Numbered from the stretch's first letter, positions 18,995 to 31,619 are shown. The stretch: DNA of 64,000 nucleotides from Acholeplasmatales bacterium (GCA_017961685.1 JAGCWW010000003.1:3119-67118); one strand, 5' to 3'. Made by a program: numbers and translations. The notes: generated by a model not told the origin, from the letters alone.

Positions 18995-19861
18995 ATGTAT
19001 GTTATTTTAATAGACAAATTATATATTAATAGACTAAAAAACTTATTTGTTGATTTTTTAGTTACAACAAATAACCCATATATTGCCTTTAAAGCAAGTT
19101 ATTCAACTATTACTATTGAGTGTTATACATCTGGTAAGGTTGTATTTAAGGGCGATGATAATGATCTAATTAAAAAAATGTTGGAGAAAATTGATTTTAA
19201 CTTTGAAATTACTACTTCTCCAGATAAACAGGAAGTTGAATGCACTTCATCTATTGGTAGTGATGAAGTAGGTACAGGAGATTTATTTGGACCGGTTGTA
19301 ATTTGTTCGTTTTTTTTAGATAGTAAAGATAGTGATTATTTAATTAGTTTAGGTATAACTGATAGTAAGAAATTAACTGATGAAAAAATCATGAAAATCG
19401 GACCTTTATTAAAGGACTATACATATAATGTAATTTTAATCAAAAACGAGAAATATAACGAATTAATTGATTCAGGATACAACTTAAATGAAATAAAAGC
19501 AATAGCGCATAATAAAGCGATTATTTGTACCATTAATGATATAGAAAAAAAGGTACCTGTAATACTTGATGAGTTCTGCAGCCCAGATAACTATTTTAGG
19601 TATTTAAAGGGTTGTAAAATGGTATATGATGAAATAACTTTTAAGACTAAGGCGGAAAGCAAATATTTAGCTGTTGCTTGTGCTTCAGTTATGGCTAGAT
19701 ATATCTTCTTAACTGAAATGGATAAGATGAGTAAATTACTTGGATTTGAAGTACCAAAAGGTGCTGGAATAAAGGCTGATGAAGCTTTAAAGAAAATAAA
19801 AGATAAAGATTTAAAGCGATTTATCAAACTTAACTTCAAGAATGTAAGTAATATTGACTAA
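18995..19861 (+). CDS. rnhC: Ribonuclease HIII
   Basis: YTSGKVVFKG N-domain, IGSDEVGTGDLFGP, DSKKL, KAESKYLAVACAS; divergent from mutS2. Confidence 0.93.
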   Translation: MYVILIDKLYINRLKNLFVDFLVTTNNPYIAFKASYSTITIECYTSGKVVFKGDDNDLIKKMLEKIDFNFEITTSPDKQEVECTSSIGSDEVGTGDLFGPVVICSFFLDSKDSDYLISLGITDSKKLTDEKIMKIGPLLKDYTYNVILIKNEKYNELIDSGYNLNEIKAIAHNKAIICTINDIEKKVPVILDEFCSPDNYFRYLKGCKMVYDEITFKTKAESKYLAVACASVMARYIFLTEMDKMSKLLGFEVPKGAGIKADEALKKIKDKDLKRFIKLNFKNVSNID

Positions 19862-19904
19862 ATAAATAATATTAAGATATAATTTAATAAAGGAGTTGAT
19901 TTTT

Positions 19905-20870
19905 ATGAAACGAACTCGTTACAAAAATATAACAATGACTATTGGTCTAATTTGTTTAATGTTAGTTGCGGTTATGATTATTGCACTAGCTACTACTTTA
20001 GTAAAAGGTAATGCTATATATGCAAAAACAGTAGGTATATTTATTATTGCAGCATTCTCATGCTTATCACTAAATAGTGCAACAACAATTCTAGATAGGC
20101 CAAAAGAAAAGGTTCCATCCTTCTATCGTAAAATGGTTTTAGGAATAATTATTGCAACAGGTGTAGTTGTTGTATTCTGGTTAATTGTCTTATTTGCAAC
20201 TGATCCAGGTTTATTTGTAAGATATTGTACTGGTAAGAAATTCAGATTTGAAGGATCAAATGCTCTTTATGAAACAGCCGATCTTGCTTTAAAAGATGCT
20301 ACAGCTGCAAGAGATAAAGTAGCATCACAATTATTAATTACACAAATTGCTGTTTGCTTAACTATAGTTGTAGCTTACTTCAATTTAATTGTTACAAGAC
20401 GTTTTATCTTCAAGAATAGAATGATTCCAATTCAAGTAGCTCTATACTTTGGTGCCTTCTTATTCTATGCATGGTTATTATTATTCTTCTGCTCTGCACA
20501 TGTTATTGTTGAGACAAAAGCACAATATTATGATGTTGTTTTAGAGCCTACAGGTTCTATGTCAGTTTTAGTTAATGCTTTAGGATTTACAATTGCCTTT
20601 AGTGGTCTAGCTATTTACTTGATTGCTAAGATATCTTCTATTTGGAGTATTAGACGCTTTAAAAACGAAGGCTTATATGATGAAAAAGCTGTTGTTAATA
20701 GCGATAATTCAAAGACTAAAGTTGAAAATAAACCAGAAGAAATTAAACCAAATAATGACACAAATGATGTAAAAGCAAGAATCGAAAAGCTTAAAGAATT
20801 ACATGATCAAGGCCTAATAAGTGATGAAGAATTTGAAGCTAAGAAAAAAGATATAATAGATTCAATATAA
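19905..20870 (+). CDS. Multi-pass membrane protein with C-terminal SHOCT domain
   Basis: About six TM segments; KLKELHDQGLISDEEFEAKKKDII tail. Confidence 0.8.
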   Translation: MKRTRYKNITMTIGLICLMLVAVMIIALATTLVKGNAIYAKTVGIFIIAAFSCLSLNSATTILDRPKEKVPSFYRKMVLGIIIATGVVVVFWLIVLFATDPGLFVRYCTGKKFRFEGSNALYETADLALKDATAARDKVASQLLITQIAVCLTIVVAYFNLIVTRRFIFKNRMIPIQVALYFGAFLFYAWLLLFFCSAHVIVETKAQYYDVVLEPTGSMSVLVNALGFTIAFSGLAIYLIAKISSIWSIRRFKNEGLYDEKAVVNSDNSKTKVENKPEEIKPNNDTNDVKARIEKLKELHDQGLISDEEFEAKKKDIIDSI

Positions 20871-20897
20871 GAGTTAGATTTAATCTAGCTCTTTTTT
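20869..20897 (+). terminator. Intrinsic terminator of the rnhC-SHOCT unit
   Basis: AAGAGTTAGAT/ATCTAGCTCTT stem plus T-run. Confidence 0.7.
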
Positions 20898-20924
20898 ATG
20901 AAAAGGAGATATACGAGGACTATC

Positions 20925-20950
20925 AAAAAAGGTTAGAAATTTTCTAACCT
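20925..20950 (-). terminator. Intrinsic terminator of the fic gene
   Basis: AGGTTAGAAA/TTTCTAACCT stem plus T-run on the minus strand. Confidence 0.7.
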
Positions 20951-22053
20951 ATTATTTTTCTAAATTTATATTTTCCTTTTCCGAATCCTTTGACAGATAC
21001 AATTATATTATTATCTAGCATTTGTTTAATTAAATCCGATGATCTAGAAGGCGATAAATTAAGCGTTTGAGAAACTTCTTTTCTACTAAAAACATTGTTA
21101 TTTATTGTTTTTATAAGAATAATTATATTATCTTTTGTTTTTGAAATAAAATTATACTTGGCTAAGTCGTTAATAATTGAATTAACGTCAATATCCGGCT
21201 TTTTTGTTTCAATGTCCGGTTTTTTATATTTAAAATCTTCTTTTTTGTGCGAAATATGCATATATCTATTTTTTAAATCATTATTTTCTTTAAGTAAAAG
21301 ATTTCTTAAAAACAATTCTAAATAAGATGTATCTTCTTTAATATTCTTTTCATAATTATTGTAATTTGCTCTAACTAATGCATTTCTAAAATACCATGAA
21401 TTATTTGCAAACAAATCATTATTTACATTAAAACCTAATTTTCTTAAATATTTAATTAAAAATACTGCTGTTGTTCTTGTATTTCCTTCTGGAAACACAT
21501 GTATCTGCCATAGATTTGAGACGAATCTTGCTAGATGTTTGATTGTCTCATCAATCGATAATTTAGAATAGTCAAAATTTCTTTCCATATTAAAGTCATA
21601 TTCTAATGTTTTATATAGGCTTTGACAACTACCATATGTAACAGTATCGCCGTCTAAAACCCATTCTTTTTTAGTTATATCAAACTTTCTAACTTCACCA
21701 GCATTTTTTATTATGCCTTTAAATAAATATTCGTGAATATTGAAATATTCATCAAGTGAATAAGAAAATGAATTGGAGGATAAAATCTCTGCAATTCTAG
21801 TTGATACTTTATCAGCTTCAAGTGTTGTCTCTTTTGTATCATTTAACTCTTCATAATATGAATCAATTAATATTTTAGCCTCAGGCAAAGTAATTTCACC
21901 ATTGATATTTTTTTTTGCCAAATCATTTAAGTATGATGATGTTTCTAACCCATCAACTTTTTGAAGTCCAATTGCTGTATACCATGCATACTGTTTTTCT
22001 TCTTTAGATGGCTCTTTAGAGATTATATATTCTTTGTATGGATCAGAATTCAT
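20944..22053 (-). CDS. Fic-domain protein with N-terminal VbhA-like helix and C-terminal HTH
   Basis: WQIHVFPEGNTRT Fic motif; N-terminal AIGLQKVDGL; C-terminal SRKEVSQTLNLSPSR...GKGKY. Own promoter TTGTAT-17-TATAAT (22102-22074). Confidence 0.88.
   Translation of the reverse strand: MNSDPYKEYIISKEPSKEEKQYAWYTAIGLQKVDGLETSSYLNDLAKKNINGEITLPEAKILIDSYYEELNDTKETTLEADKVSTRIAEILSSNSFSYSLDEYFNIHEYLFKGIIKNAGEVRKFDITKKEWVLDGDTVTYGSCQSLYKTLEYDFNMERNFDYSKLSIDETIKHLARFVSNLWQIHVFPEGNTRTTAVFLIKYLRKLGFNVNNDLFANNSWYFRNALVRANYNNYEKNIKEDTSYLELFLRNLLLKENNDLKNRYMHISHKKEDFKYKKPDIETKKPDIDVNSIINDLAKYNFISKTKDNIIILIKTINNNVFSRKEVSQTLNLSPSRSSDLIKQMLDNNIIVSVKGFGKGKYKFRKIIG
21191..21225 (-). repeat. 21-bp-period imperfect tandem repeat (KKPDIET/KKPDIDV) inside fic
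   Basis: atatccggctttttt and atgtccggttttttt 21 bp apart. Confidence 0.6.
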
Positions 22054-22117
22054 ATCAACCACTCCTTTATTTTATTATACCATAAAACGCTTAAAAATAC
22101 AATTTTTTTAGAAATAT

Positions 22118-22148
22118 AAAAAGCGCTAGATAAAAGCATTTCTAGCGC
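22118..22148 (-). terminator. Intrinsic terminator closing the three-gene cassette
   Basis: GCGCTAGA/TCTAGCGC stem followed by TTTTT on the minus strand. Confidence 0.7.
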
Positions 22149-22597
22149 TATTGTATCTTCTTTTTAATTAATAAAACTAAAGTGTTTAAATCATTACATA
22201 ACTCATTATTCATGTCATTTAATCTATTTAAATCTCTATCTAGCTTTTCAATTATTTTTTTAGGATTATTATTCATTTCATTTTTCTCAAAATCATCTTT
22301 AAAGAATCTATGAGCATAATAGTTTCTTGAATGAACCACTTTAGATAAACTAGTTAAGAAATCTTCAGTAAAAATCTTTGTTTTTCTTGCTAGATCTAAT
22401 GAATTACCAATTGATTCTTTACTTAATCTTTCATAATATTCATTTTTAGTGCTTAATTTCTTTTTGACATCTTCTTTAGTCATACAAGTTTTTAAGATAC
22501 TATCATAAATAATAATATAGTGTAAATTATATTCAATAGCTTGTGAAACATTTAATAATTGACCAACTTTTAGATAAATTGTTTCTTTATCTGTCAT
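22148..22597 (-). CDS. Putative HEPN-domain ribonuclease
   Basis: Helical-looking 149 aa; N-terminal GQLLNVSQAIEYNL, central ESIGNSL, and RNYYAH (R-x4-H) at 22310-22327. Confidence 0.65.
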   Translation of the reverse strand: MTDKETIYLKVGQLLNVSQAIEYNLHYIIIYDSILKTCMTKEDVKKKLSTKNEYYERLSKESIGNSLDLARKTKIFTEDFLTSLSKVVHSRNYYAHRFFKDDFEKNEMNNNPKKIIEKLDRDLNRLNDMNNELCNDLNTLVLLIKKKIQ

Positions 22598-23276
22598 AAG
22601 GCATAATTTGTGTTCTTGGTCTTTGTAGAGTTGCTAAATGGAATGGGGATGTGAATATTACTTCATCATTCGCATTATATTCAATAACTCTTATTTTATA
22701 AGTTCCATAAGCTAAATTATTAATTGCTAGAAAGAATAATTCATCACTTACCTTATATCTAGCCATTAATAAAGGTTGATTATCCATATATGAATATAAT
22801 TCAATTTTAGAATAACTATATTCATCATTTATAGGCTGAAATAAGACATTTATTAGAGATTGTCCTGTTGTTACTCTAATTGATGCTTTTCTATAAATTA
22901 TTTCATCATTTTTCTTCTTTAAAATTAAATCATAATCATCTCTATTAGCGTAAATATAATTTAAATTTAGGATAATATGATCAACTATATCATCATTAAA
23001 GATTAATTTTATTTTTCTTATTTGTTCATTAAAATCAATATCTAAATTAAACTTATTATTATATGGTTTAATTAAATCCCAAGCTTCAATTAATACTTCA
23101 ATGCTTGAAATAGCTTCTGAATCAATAATTAAGTTATATTTAGTGATATTATAATTTTCATCTTGGTATAAATTAAGTTCTTCATTTTCAATTACATAAT
23201 TACAATCTTTATCTAAATCTTTAGAGTAAAAAGAGAAATTAATATTGTTTAAAATCGTTTTTTGATATTTATTCAT
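22587..23276 (-). CDS. Hypothetical protein with beta-rich C-terminal domain
   Basis: 229 aa; overlaps both neighbours; no recognised motif. Confidence 0.7.
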   Translation of the reverse strand: MNKYQKTILNNINFSFYSKDLDKDCNYVIENEELNLYQDENYNITKYNLIIDSEAISSIEVLIEAWDLIKPYNNKFNLDIDFNEQIRKIKLIFNDDIVDHIILNLNYIYANRDDYDLILKKKNDEIIYRKASIRVTTGQSLINVLFQPINDEYSYSKIELYSYMDNQPLLMARYKVSDELFFLAINNLAYGTYKIRVIEYNANDEVIFTSPFHLATLQRPRTQIMPYDR

Positions 23277-24918
23277 TATTCATTCCTACTTTCTTTAAAT
23301 AATCGTTATATAGCCTTAATTTATACGTATCACTTATCTTTTTAATGTTAGTTTCATTCATTTGCATCAAATTAGAGAAGCTCATGAACTCATTTTGGGT
23401 ATCTAACATTTCTTTATACATGTTTTTATTTAAATTAGATTTCTTATGAACTAAATTAAATGTCCAGTTTAATTGTTCATCATTTATTAATTTAGATATT
23501 CTTTCATAACATCTATTCTTTTGATAAGTATTATTTTCCTCATCAAATTTGATCGCATCATTTGATAAAGTTTTAATCTTTTCTTTTAATGTTTTAATAT
23601 GTCCATCATTTAAAACATCATAATATCCAAATATACTTACTGTATAATTTAAGATTTCATCATATCTTTTACTCATTATAAGCAAAGCTAGAGTATCAAG
23701 CTCATAATCAATAGAGAATTCAAATAATTTTTTATATGATTTATTAATTAAGCAAGTATTAACATATTCTAAATAGCTAATTGGATAATTATTAATCATG
23801 TTAAATAAGACTTGTTTTTCATATTCTGAAGGTTTATTAAATGCTTTAAGCATATTTTTTATATCAAGCAAATCATTTCTAACGTATTTTATTCTTAATA
23901 TATCCATATCTGTAGCATTTCTATCATCTAATAATTCTTTTTCATTTATTTCTTTTTCATCAATATACGGTTGATTTAATTGCTTATTTAATTTATTAAA
24001 ATATCTTAAAATAGTAAAATACTTCTTTTCTAGCATTAAGTTAAGTAAATCAATACTAACTACAGCAATAGGTATATTAGTTACATCTTGCGCTTTATAC
24101 TTTGAAAGTGGTGTTGTATATAATGTATATCTCATTAATTCATCTCTAATAACAGTTAAAGCATAACCATTAGCATCAAACATTGCTTTATAAATTTTAT
24201 GAGCTAAATTAATATTTTCATACTTAATAGAATATTCTAATAACTTAGGATAAGTTAATTGCCATAAGCCTTTAACATGTCTATTATCATTAGGCATATA
24301 AATGTATTCATCTTCTTTAATATCTCTAGTATGCATAGTTAATATATAATCAATCTCATCATCATTAATTCTATTGTCACATACAAAAGCGATTAGAGCC
24401 TTTTCTGGCCACTTTTTAACTGTAGCTATATCATTTATACCTATTTGTGGTAAAAGCTTAATATTGTTTGAAATTAAAGCTAGATAAATTAAATCATCTG
24501 TTAAATTATTGATATCTCTATTATTAATTGCGTATTTTAATTTATTGTTTTTAATTAAATATGTAAATATTTTAACTGATTCATTTTTAATGACATAATC
24601 AATTAAAGAATTATTCTTTTTATCAATTCCTTTAATAATATCATCATCTAATTGATTAACATCATCCTTTTTACTTATTTGGTTTAGTATTTGATCATAA
24701 TTCTTATGAACTGAAACTTCTCCAGTAGTTAAATAATCAATAGAAACATTAAAAATGCTTGCGATTTTAGGAAGTAACATAATATCTGGATATTCTTCCT
24801 CATTTTCCCAAGCTTTAATTAAACTTTCACGGCATGATAAAAGAGTAGAAAGCTCACTTTCACTCATTTGGTTTTCTATTCTTAAGTTTTTAATGTTTTT
24901 TCCAATATTAAAACTCAT
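23269..24918 (-). CDS. XRE/Cro-C1 HTH protein with long helical (partly ankyrin-like) C-terminal region
   Basis: IGKNIKNLR...WENEEEYPDIMLLPKIASIFNVSIDYL; DKKNNSLIDYVIKNESVKIFTYL; extended -10 TGCTATAAT at 24952-24944. Confidence 0.8.
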   Translation of the reverse strand: MSFNIGKNIKNLRIENQMSESELSTLLSCRESLIKAWENEEEYPDIMLLPKIASIFNVSIDYLTTGEVSVHKNYDQILNQISKKDDVNQLDDDIIKGIDKKNNSLIDYVIKNESVKIFTYLIKNNKLKYAINNRDINNLTDDLIYLALISNNIKLLPQIGINDIATVKKWPEKALIAFVCDNRINDDEIDYILTMHTRDIKEDEYIYMPNDNRHVKGLWQLTYPKLLEYSIKYENINLAHKIYKAMFDANGYALTVIRDELMRYTLYTTPLSKYKAQDVTNIPIAVVSIDLLNLMLEKKYFTILRYFNKLNKQLNQPYIDEKEINEKELLDDRNATDMDILRIKYVRNDLLDIKNMLKAFNKPSEYEKQVLFNMINNYPISYLEYVNTCLINKSYKKLFEFSIDYELDTLALLIMSKRYDEILNYTVSIFGYYDVLNDGHIKTLKEKIKTLSNDAIKFDEENNTYQKNRCYERISKLINDEQLNWTFNLVHKKSNLNKNMYKEMLDTQNEFMSFSNLMQMNETNIKKISDTYKLRLYNDYLKKVGMNNE

Positions 24919-24987
24919 ATAAATATCACCACTACCTAGTTTTATTATAGCATAATATTCATTTTAAATTATATAAATAATATTAAG

Positions 24988-25022
24988 AAAAAAAGAAAAA
25001 AGTTAGATTTTTTAATCTAACT
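24988..25022 (-). terminator. Intrinsic terminator of the pyr operon
   Basis: AGTTAGATT/AATCTAACT stem plus long T-run. Confidence 0.7.
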
Positions 25023-25482
25023 AATCTTCTTCATCTTCTAAATCAGTATCCAGGTTATGCTTTTTCGTGTTAACCTTGCTTAATTTATTGAAAGTATTAA
25101 TAAATAACATAAAGACACCAACAACAGTTAAACCAGCACCACCAGCAGATCCCATAGTAGATAAATTCATTCTAAAGCTTGAATACCATGGAATGTGCTT
25201 TTCATAAACATCTTCACTTTTAATATAAACCTTGTATGAGCCTTTTGTTGTTTTATCATATATAAGCTTAGAATCTATATCTACATATCTTGTCTTATTT
25301 TTTTCTTCAATAATATAGAATACTACTTCTTGGTTTGTTTCATAATCCTTACCCTTAGTAAAGTTAGTACCTGGGAAGAATAATAAAATTAAACCAACTC
25401 CTATAATTATTAGAATAAATGGTAATATCCATTTAGCGTAAAATGTTGTTGTTACATTATAGCCTTTAACATCATTTGACAT
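25021..25482 (-). CDS. Hypothetical two-TM membrane protein appended to the pyr operon
   Basis: TAATG overlap with pyrE; two hydrophobic segments. Confidence 0.75.
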   Translation of the reverse strand: MSNDVKGYNVTTTFYAKWILPFILIIIGVGLILLFFPGTNFTKGKDYETNQEVVFYIIEEKNKTRYVDIDSKLIYDKTTKGSYKVYIKSEDVYEKHIPWYSSFRMNLSTMGSAGGAGLTVVGVFMLFINTFNKLSKVNTKKHNLDTDLEDEED

Positions 25483-26111
25483 TATTTAGTAATCCAACTT
25501 TCATCATGCGGATTAATCTTCCAAGCTTTTAGTTTTTCTAAATCAGATTCTTTAATGTATTTTCCTTCAACTGCTTCTTTGATTAGATCATCATAGTTAG
25601 CAATTGAGACGTATCTACAATTGGCATTTTTGAAGTTTTCAAAGCCTTCTTCAAGATTGTAAGTGAATATTGAAACAACGCCTAAAACGTCAAGTTTTGC
25701 CTCTCTTAAAGCATTTACGCATTCAATACTTGATCCACCTGTTGAGATTAAATCTTCAACAACGACAACTTTTTGTCCTTCTTTGTAGAATCCTTCAATT
25801 TTATTTTCTCTACCATGGCTTTTTGCACTACTTCTTACATAACCCATTGGTAAATCTAAGATATTTGCAGCTAGTGCTGCATGTGCAATACCAGCAGTAG
25901 CTGTACCCATAAGCATTTCAACTTGTGGGAATTCTTTTTTGATTTTTCTTGCGATTTCAATTTCAACCATACTTCTTACCATTGGATAAGATAAAATTAG
26001 TCTATTATCGCAATAAATTGGTGATTTAATACCACTTGCCCATGTAAATGGTTCATCTGGTCTTAAAAATACTGCTCTAATCTTTAATAAATTCTTTTCT
26101 ACATTTCCCAT
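25482..26111 (-). CDS. pyrE: Orotate phosphoribosyltransferase
   Basis: FTWASGIKSPIYCDNR, VVEDLISTGGS. Confidence 0.97.
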   Translation of the reverse strand: MGNVEKNLLKIRAVFLRPDEPFTWASGIKSPIYCDNRLILSYPMVRSMVEIEIARKIKKEFPQVEMLMGTATAGIAHAALAANILDLPMGYVRSSAKSHGRENKIEGFYKEGQKVVVVEDLISTGGSSIECVNALREAKLDVLGVVSIFTYNLEEGFENFKNANCRYVSIANYDDLIKEAVEGKYIKESDLEKLKAWKINPHDESWITK

Positions 26112-26113
26112 TA

Positions 26114-26800
26114 TTATTCACCTAAAAAGTCCTTTCTAATTTGTTTATAAGCTTTTACTGGATCATCTGCTTTAGTTATAGGTCTACCTACAACGATAAA
26201 GTTAGTTCCAAGAATTCTTGCATCTTTTGGTGTTGTAATTCTAACTTGATCATCTTTTGAATTAGATTCTAAACGAATACCTGGAGTAACAGTTATAAAA
26301 TCATTTCCGCATGCTTTTTTAATTGCTTTAACTTCTAGTGGTGAGCATACTACACCATTTAAGCCAGCTTCTTTTGCGTTTTTAGCATGTTTAATAACCA
26401 TTTCTTCCATAGTTGTTGAACATAATAATTCATTAGTTAACATTTCTTGGCTAGTTGATGTTAATTCAGTTACAGCAATAACTAATGGTTTTTTCTCCAT
26501 ACCATCAAAAGCAGTTAGACATTCACTCATCATTTTAATTCCGCCTTTAGCATGTACATTAACCATATCAACATCTAATTTAGCTAAGTTTTTCATAGCA
26601 CTTTTTACAGTGTTTGGAATATCATGTAATTTTAAATCTAAGAAGATATGATGTCCTAATTTCTTAATTTCTTTAATAATTTCAGGACCACATCCATAAA
26701 ATAATTCCATACCTACTTTTACCCAAAGTGGTTCATCAAATTTCTTTAAAAATTCTATTGTTTTTTCCTTATCTGGAAAATCAAGAGCAACTATAACCAT
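26114..26800 (-). CDS. pyrF: Orotidine-5'-phosphate decarboxylase
   Basis: VALD, KVGMELF, FLDLKLHDIPNTV, TPGIR, DQVR. Start moved to ATG 26800. Confidence 0.97.
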   Translation of the reverse strand: MVIVALDFPDKEKTIEFLKKFDEPLWVKVGMELFYGCGPEIIKEIKKLGHHIFLDLKLHDIPNTVKSAMKNLAKLDVDMVNVHAKGGIKMMSECLTAFDGMEKKPLVIAVTELTSTSQEMLTNELLCSTTMEEMVIKHAKNAKEAGLNGVVCSPLEVKAIKKACGNDFITVTPGIRLESNSKDDQVRITTPKDARILGTNFIVVGRPITKADDPVKAYKQIRKDFLGE

Positions 26801-26801
26801 T

Positions 26802-28448
<1,647 letters not shown>

Positions 28449-28449
<1 letters not shown>

Positions 28450-31400
28450 TAGATCATTGCCACCTTAATTGTAATATCTTCTAATACATCTAGTAAAATT
28501 CTAACAGTATCAAGTGAAGTAAATGTAGTAATGTTATTTAAACTAGCTACACTTCTAATCTTAAATCCATCTTTTCTTCTGTTGATTTCACTTCTATTAG
28601 CTGTATTAATTACATATGAGATGTGACCTTTTCTTAAAGCATCTAGAATTTCTTCTGAACCTTCTGATACTTTCTTCTTAATTCTTGTTTTAACACCATG
28701 TTCTTTTAAGAATTTACCTGTACCAGCTGTTGCTTCAATGTTAAATCCTAAATCATAGAATCTCTTAATTAAAGGTAAGGCTAATTCTTTTGTTTCATCA
28801 GATAATGTAACAAAGATTGTACCGTAATTAACAACTCTCATTCCACTAGCCTTTAACGCCTTATATAAAGCTCTATTTAGTGATTTATCATATCCGATTG
28901 CTTCACCTGTAGATTTCATTTCTGGTGAAAGAACTGCATCAAGACCATTAATCTTACTCCATGAGAATGTAGGTACTTTTACATAGTATTTTTCAGGTAC
29001 TTGACCAAGTCCTGTGTATAAGCCTTGTTTCTTTAAAGATATACCCATCATACATTTTGTTGCGATTTGAGGCATATTAATCTTTGTTGCTTTACTTAAG
29101 AATGGTACTGTTCTACTACTTCTAGGATTTACTTCAATAATTGATACATTATTATCCTTATCAACGATAAATTGAATATTAAATAGTCCAACAATTCCAA
29201 TTTCAATACCTAATCTTACTGTATAATCAGTAATTGTCTTTTTAACTTCTTCATTTAAAGTCATGCTTGGGAATACTGAGATTGAATCTCCTGAGTGAAC
29301 ACCTGTTGCTTCAATATGTTCCATAATTCCTGGGATAAATACATCTTTACCATCACAAATGGCATCTACTTCGCATTCACGTCCTTGAATGTATTTATCG
29401 ATTAAAACTGGTTGTTTTTCATCAATAGCAACGGCATTTTCAAGGTATGCTAGTAATTGTTCATCATCATTTACTATTTGCATAGCACGTCCACCAAGTA
29501 CATATGATGGTCTAACTAAAACAGGGTAACCTATTTCATTAGCTGCTTTAACACCATCTTCTAGTTTAGTAACTGTTGTACCTTTAGGTTCTGGTATATT
29601 TAATTTAATTAATAAATCTTCAAATAATTGTCTATTTTCTGCCTTAGCAATAGCTTCATTAGATGAACCAATAATATTTACACCTAATTTTTCTAATCTA
29701 TCAGCTAAGTTGATTGCTGTTTGACCACCAAGTTCAACTATTACACCAAGTGGTTGTTCTAGATGAATTACATTCATTACATCTTCAATTGTAAGTGGTT
29801 CAAAGTATAACTTATCACTAATTAAATAGTCAGTTGATACTGTTTCAGGGTTATTATTTATTACTATTGCTTCATAACCCATTTCTTTTAATGCCCAAAT
29901 AGAGTGAACTGTTGAATAGTCAAATTCTACACCTTGACCGATTCTAATAGGACCAGATCCAAGTACGATTACTTTCTTTCTATCACTTCTAATTGATTCA
30001 TTTTCTTGTTCATATGTTGAATATAAGTAGCTTACATTACTCTTAAATTCAGCTGCACAAGTATCTAGCATCTTATATACTGGATAAATGTTGTTTTCTT
30101 CTCTTATTTTATACATTTCAAGTTCAGAAATACCCATCTTTTGAGCCATAAATTGGTCAGAGAAGCCGATTTTCTTTAATTCTAGAATTGTATCTTTATC
30201 TAGATTTGGTTTAATTCTCTTTTCAGCATTTGTGATATTTTTAAACTTATCTAGGAAGAATTTATCAATCATTGTTAGATTATAGATTGTATCTATATCA
30301 ATATCTCTTCTTAAAAGTTCAGCAATTTCAAATAATCTTAAATCACTAGCCTTCTTAATTGATTCTAATAATTCTTCTGTAGGAGTATTATCGAATTTTT
30401 TCATATACATATGGTTTACACCATATTCTAAGCTACGGCATCCTTTTAGTAATGCTTCTTCAGTAGTTCTACCAATACTCATTACTTCTCCTGTAGCCTT
30501 CATTTGAGTTGATAGTGTTCTATCAGCTGTATTAAACTTATCAAATGGGAATCTAGCTAATTTTAATACTACATAGTCAATTGTAGGTTCAAAACTAGCT
30601 ATAGTTGATGCGATGTTTATTTCTTCTAGGAATAATCCAGCTGCAATTTTAGCTGAAACTCTAGCAATTGGATAACCTGATGCTTTACTTGCTAGAGCAC
30701 TACTACGTGAAACACGTGGGTTAACTTCAATTACATAATATTCATAGCTTTTTGGATTTAAGGCAAATTGTACGTTACATCCACCAAGAATATTTAATGC
30801 TCTAACAATCTTTAAAGCACTAGTTCTTAGCATTTCATATTCTTTTGGTGTTAATGTTTGAGCTGGTGCTACAACCATTGAATCTCCTGTATGAATACCA
30901 ACTGGGTCGATATTTTCCATTGAACAAATACAAATAGCTGTATCATTAGCATCACGCATAACTTCAAATTCAATTTCTTTATATCCTTTAATTGATTTTT
31001 CAATCATGATTTGTCCAACTGGACTAATCTTTAAACCATTTTTAGCAAGTTCAGCTAATTCTTCATCATTATCAGCAAAACCTCCACCTGTTCCACCTAA
31101 TGTGAATGCTGGTCTAACGATAATAGGATAACCTATTCTATTAGCTTCTTGGATAGCATCTTCAACATTATGAGCGAAATAACTTTCAGTCATAGGCTCG
31201 CCGATTTCTTGCATTAAGTTTTTAAATAATTCTCTATCTTCTGCTTTTTCAATTGCTTTAAAGTCAGTTCCCATTACTTGAACTTGGCATTCATCTAAAA
31301 CACCCTTTTTAGCAAGTTGAACAGCTAAGTTTAATCCTGTTTGACCACCTAATGTACAAACAATTCCATCAGGACGCTCATATCTAATAACTCTAGATAC

Positions 31401-31619
31401 GAATTCTAGATCGATTGGTTCCATATAAACCTTATCAGCAACAGTGTAGTCTGTCATGATTGTTGCTGGGTTTGAGTTAATTAATACTACTTCATAACCT
31501 TCTTCTTTAAGAGCAAGACAAGCTTGTGTACCTGCATAGTCAAATTCAGCAGCTTGACCTATAACAATTGGACCTGATCCAATTACTAAAACTTTTTTAA
31601 TATCAGTTCTTCTAGGCAT
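28449..31619 (-). CDS. carB: Carbamoyl-phosphate synthase large subunit
   Basis: GSGPIVIGQAAEFDYAG, two ATP-grasp halves, EVNPRVSRSS, MGS-like C-terminus; 1056 aa. Confidence 0.98.

Noticed and set aside
20871-25022. Three GTTAGA...TCTA(A/G)C hairpins (20871, 20931, 25001) flanking the Fic/HEPN island, resembling integron GTTRRRY cores or att sites
   Set aside because: Box order is opposite to attC, the elements are too short, each sits at a gene end with a T-run like a normal terminator, and no integrase is in the window.
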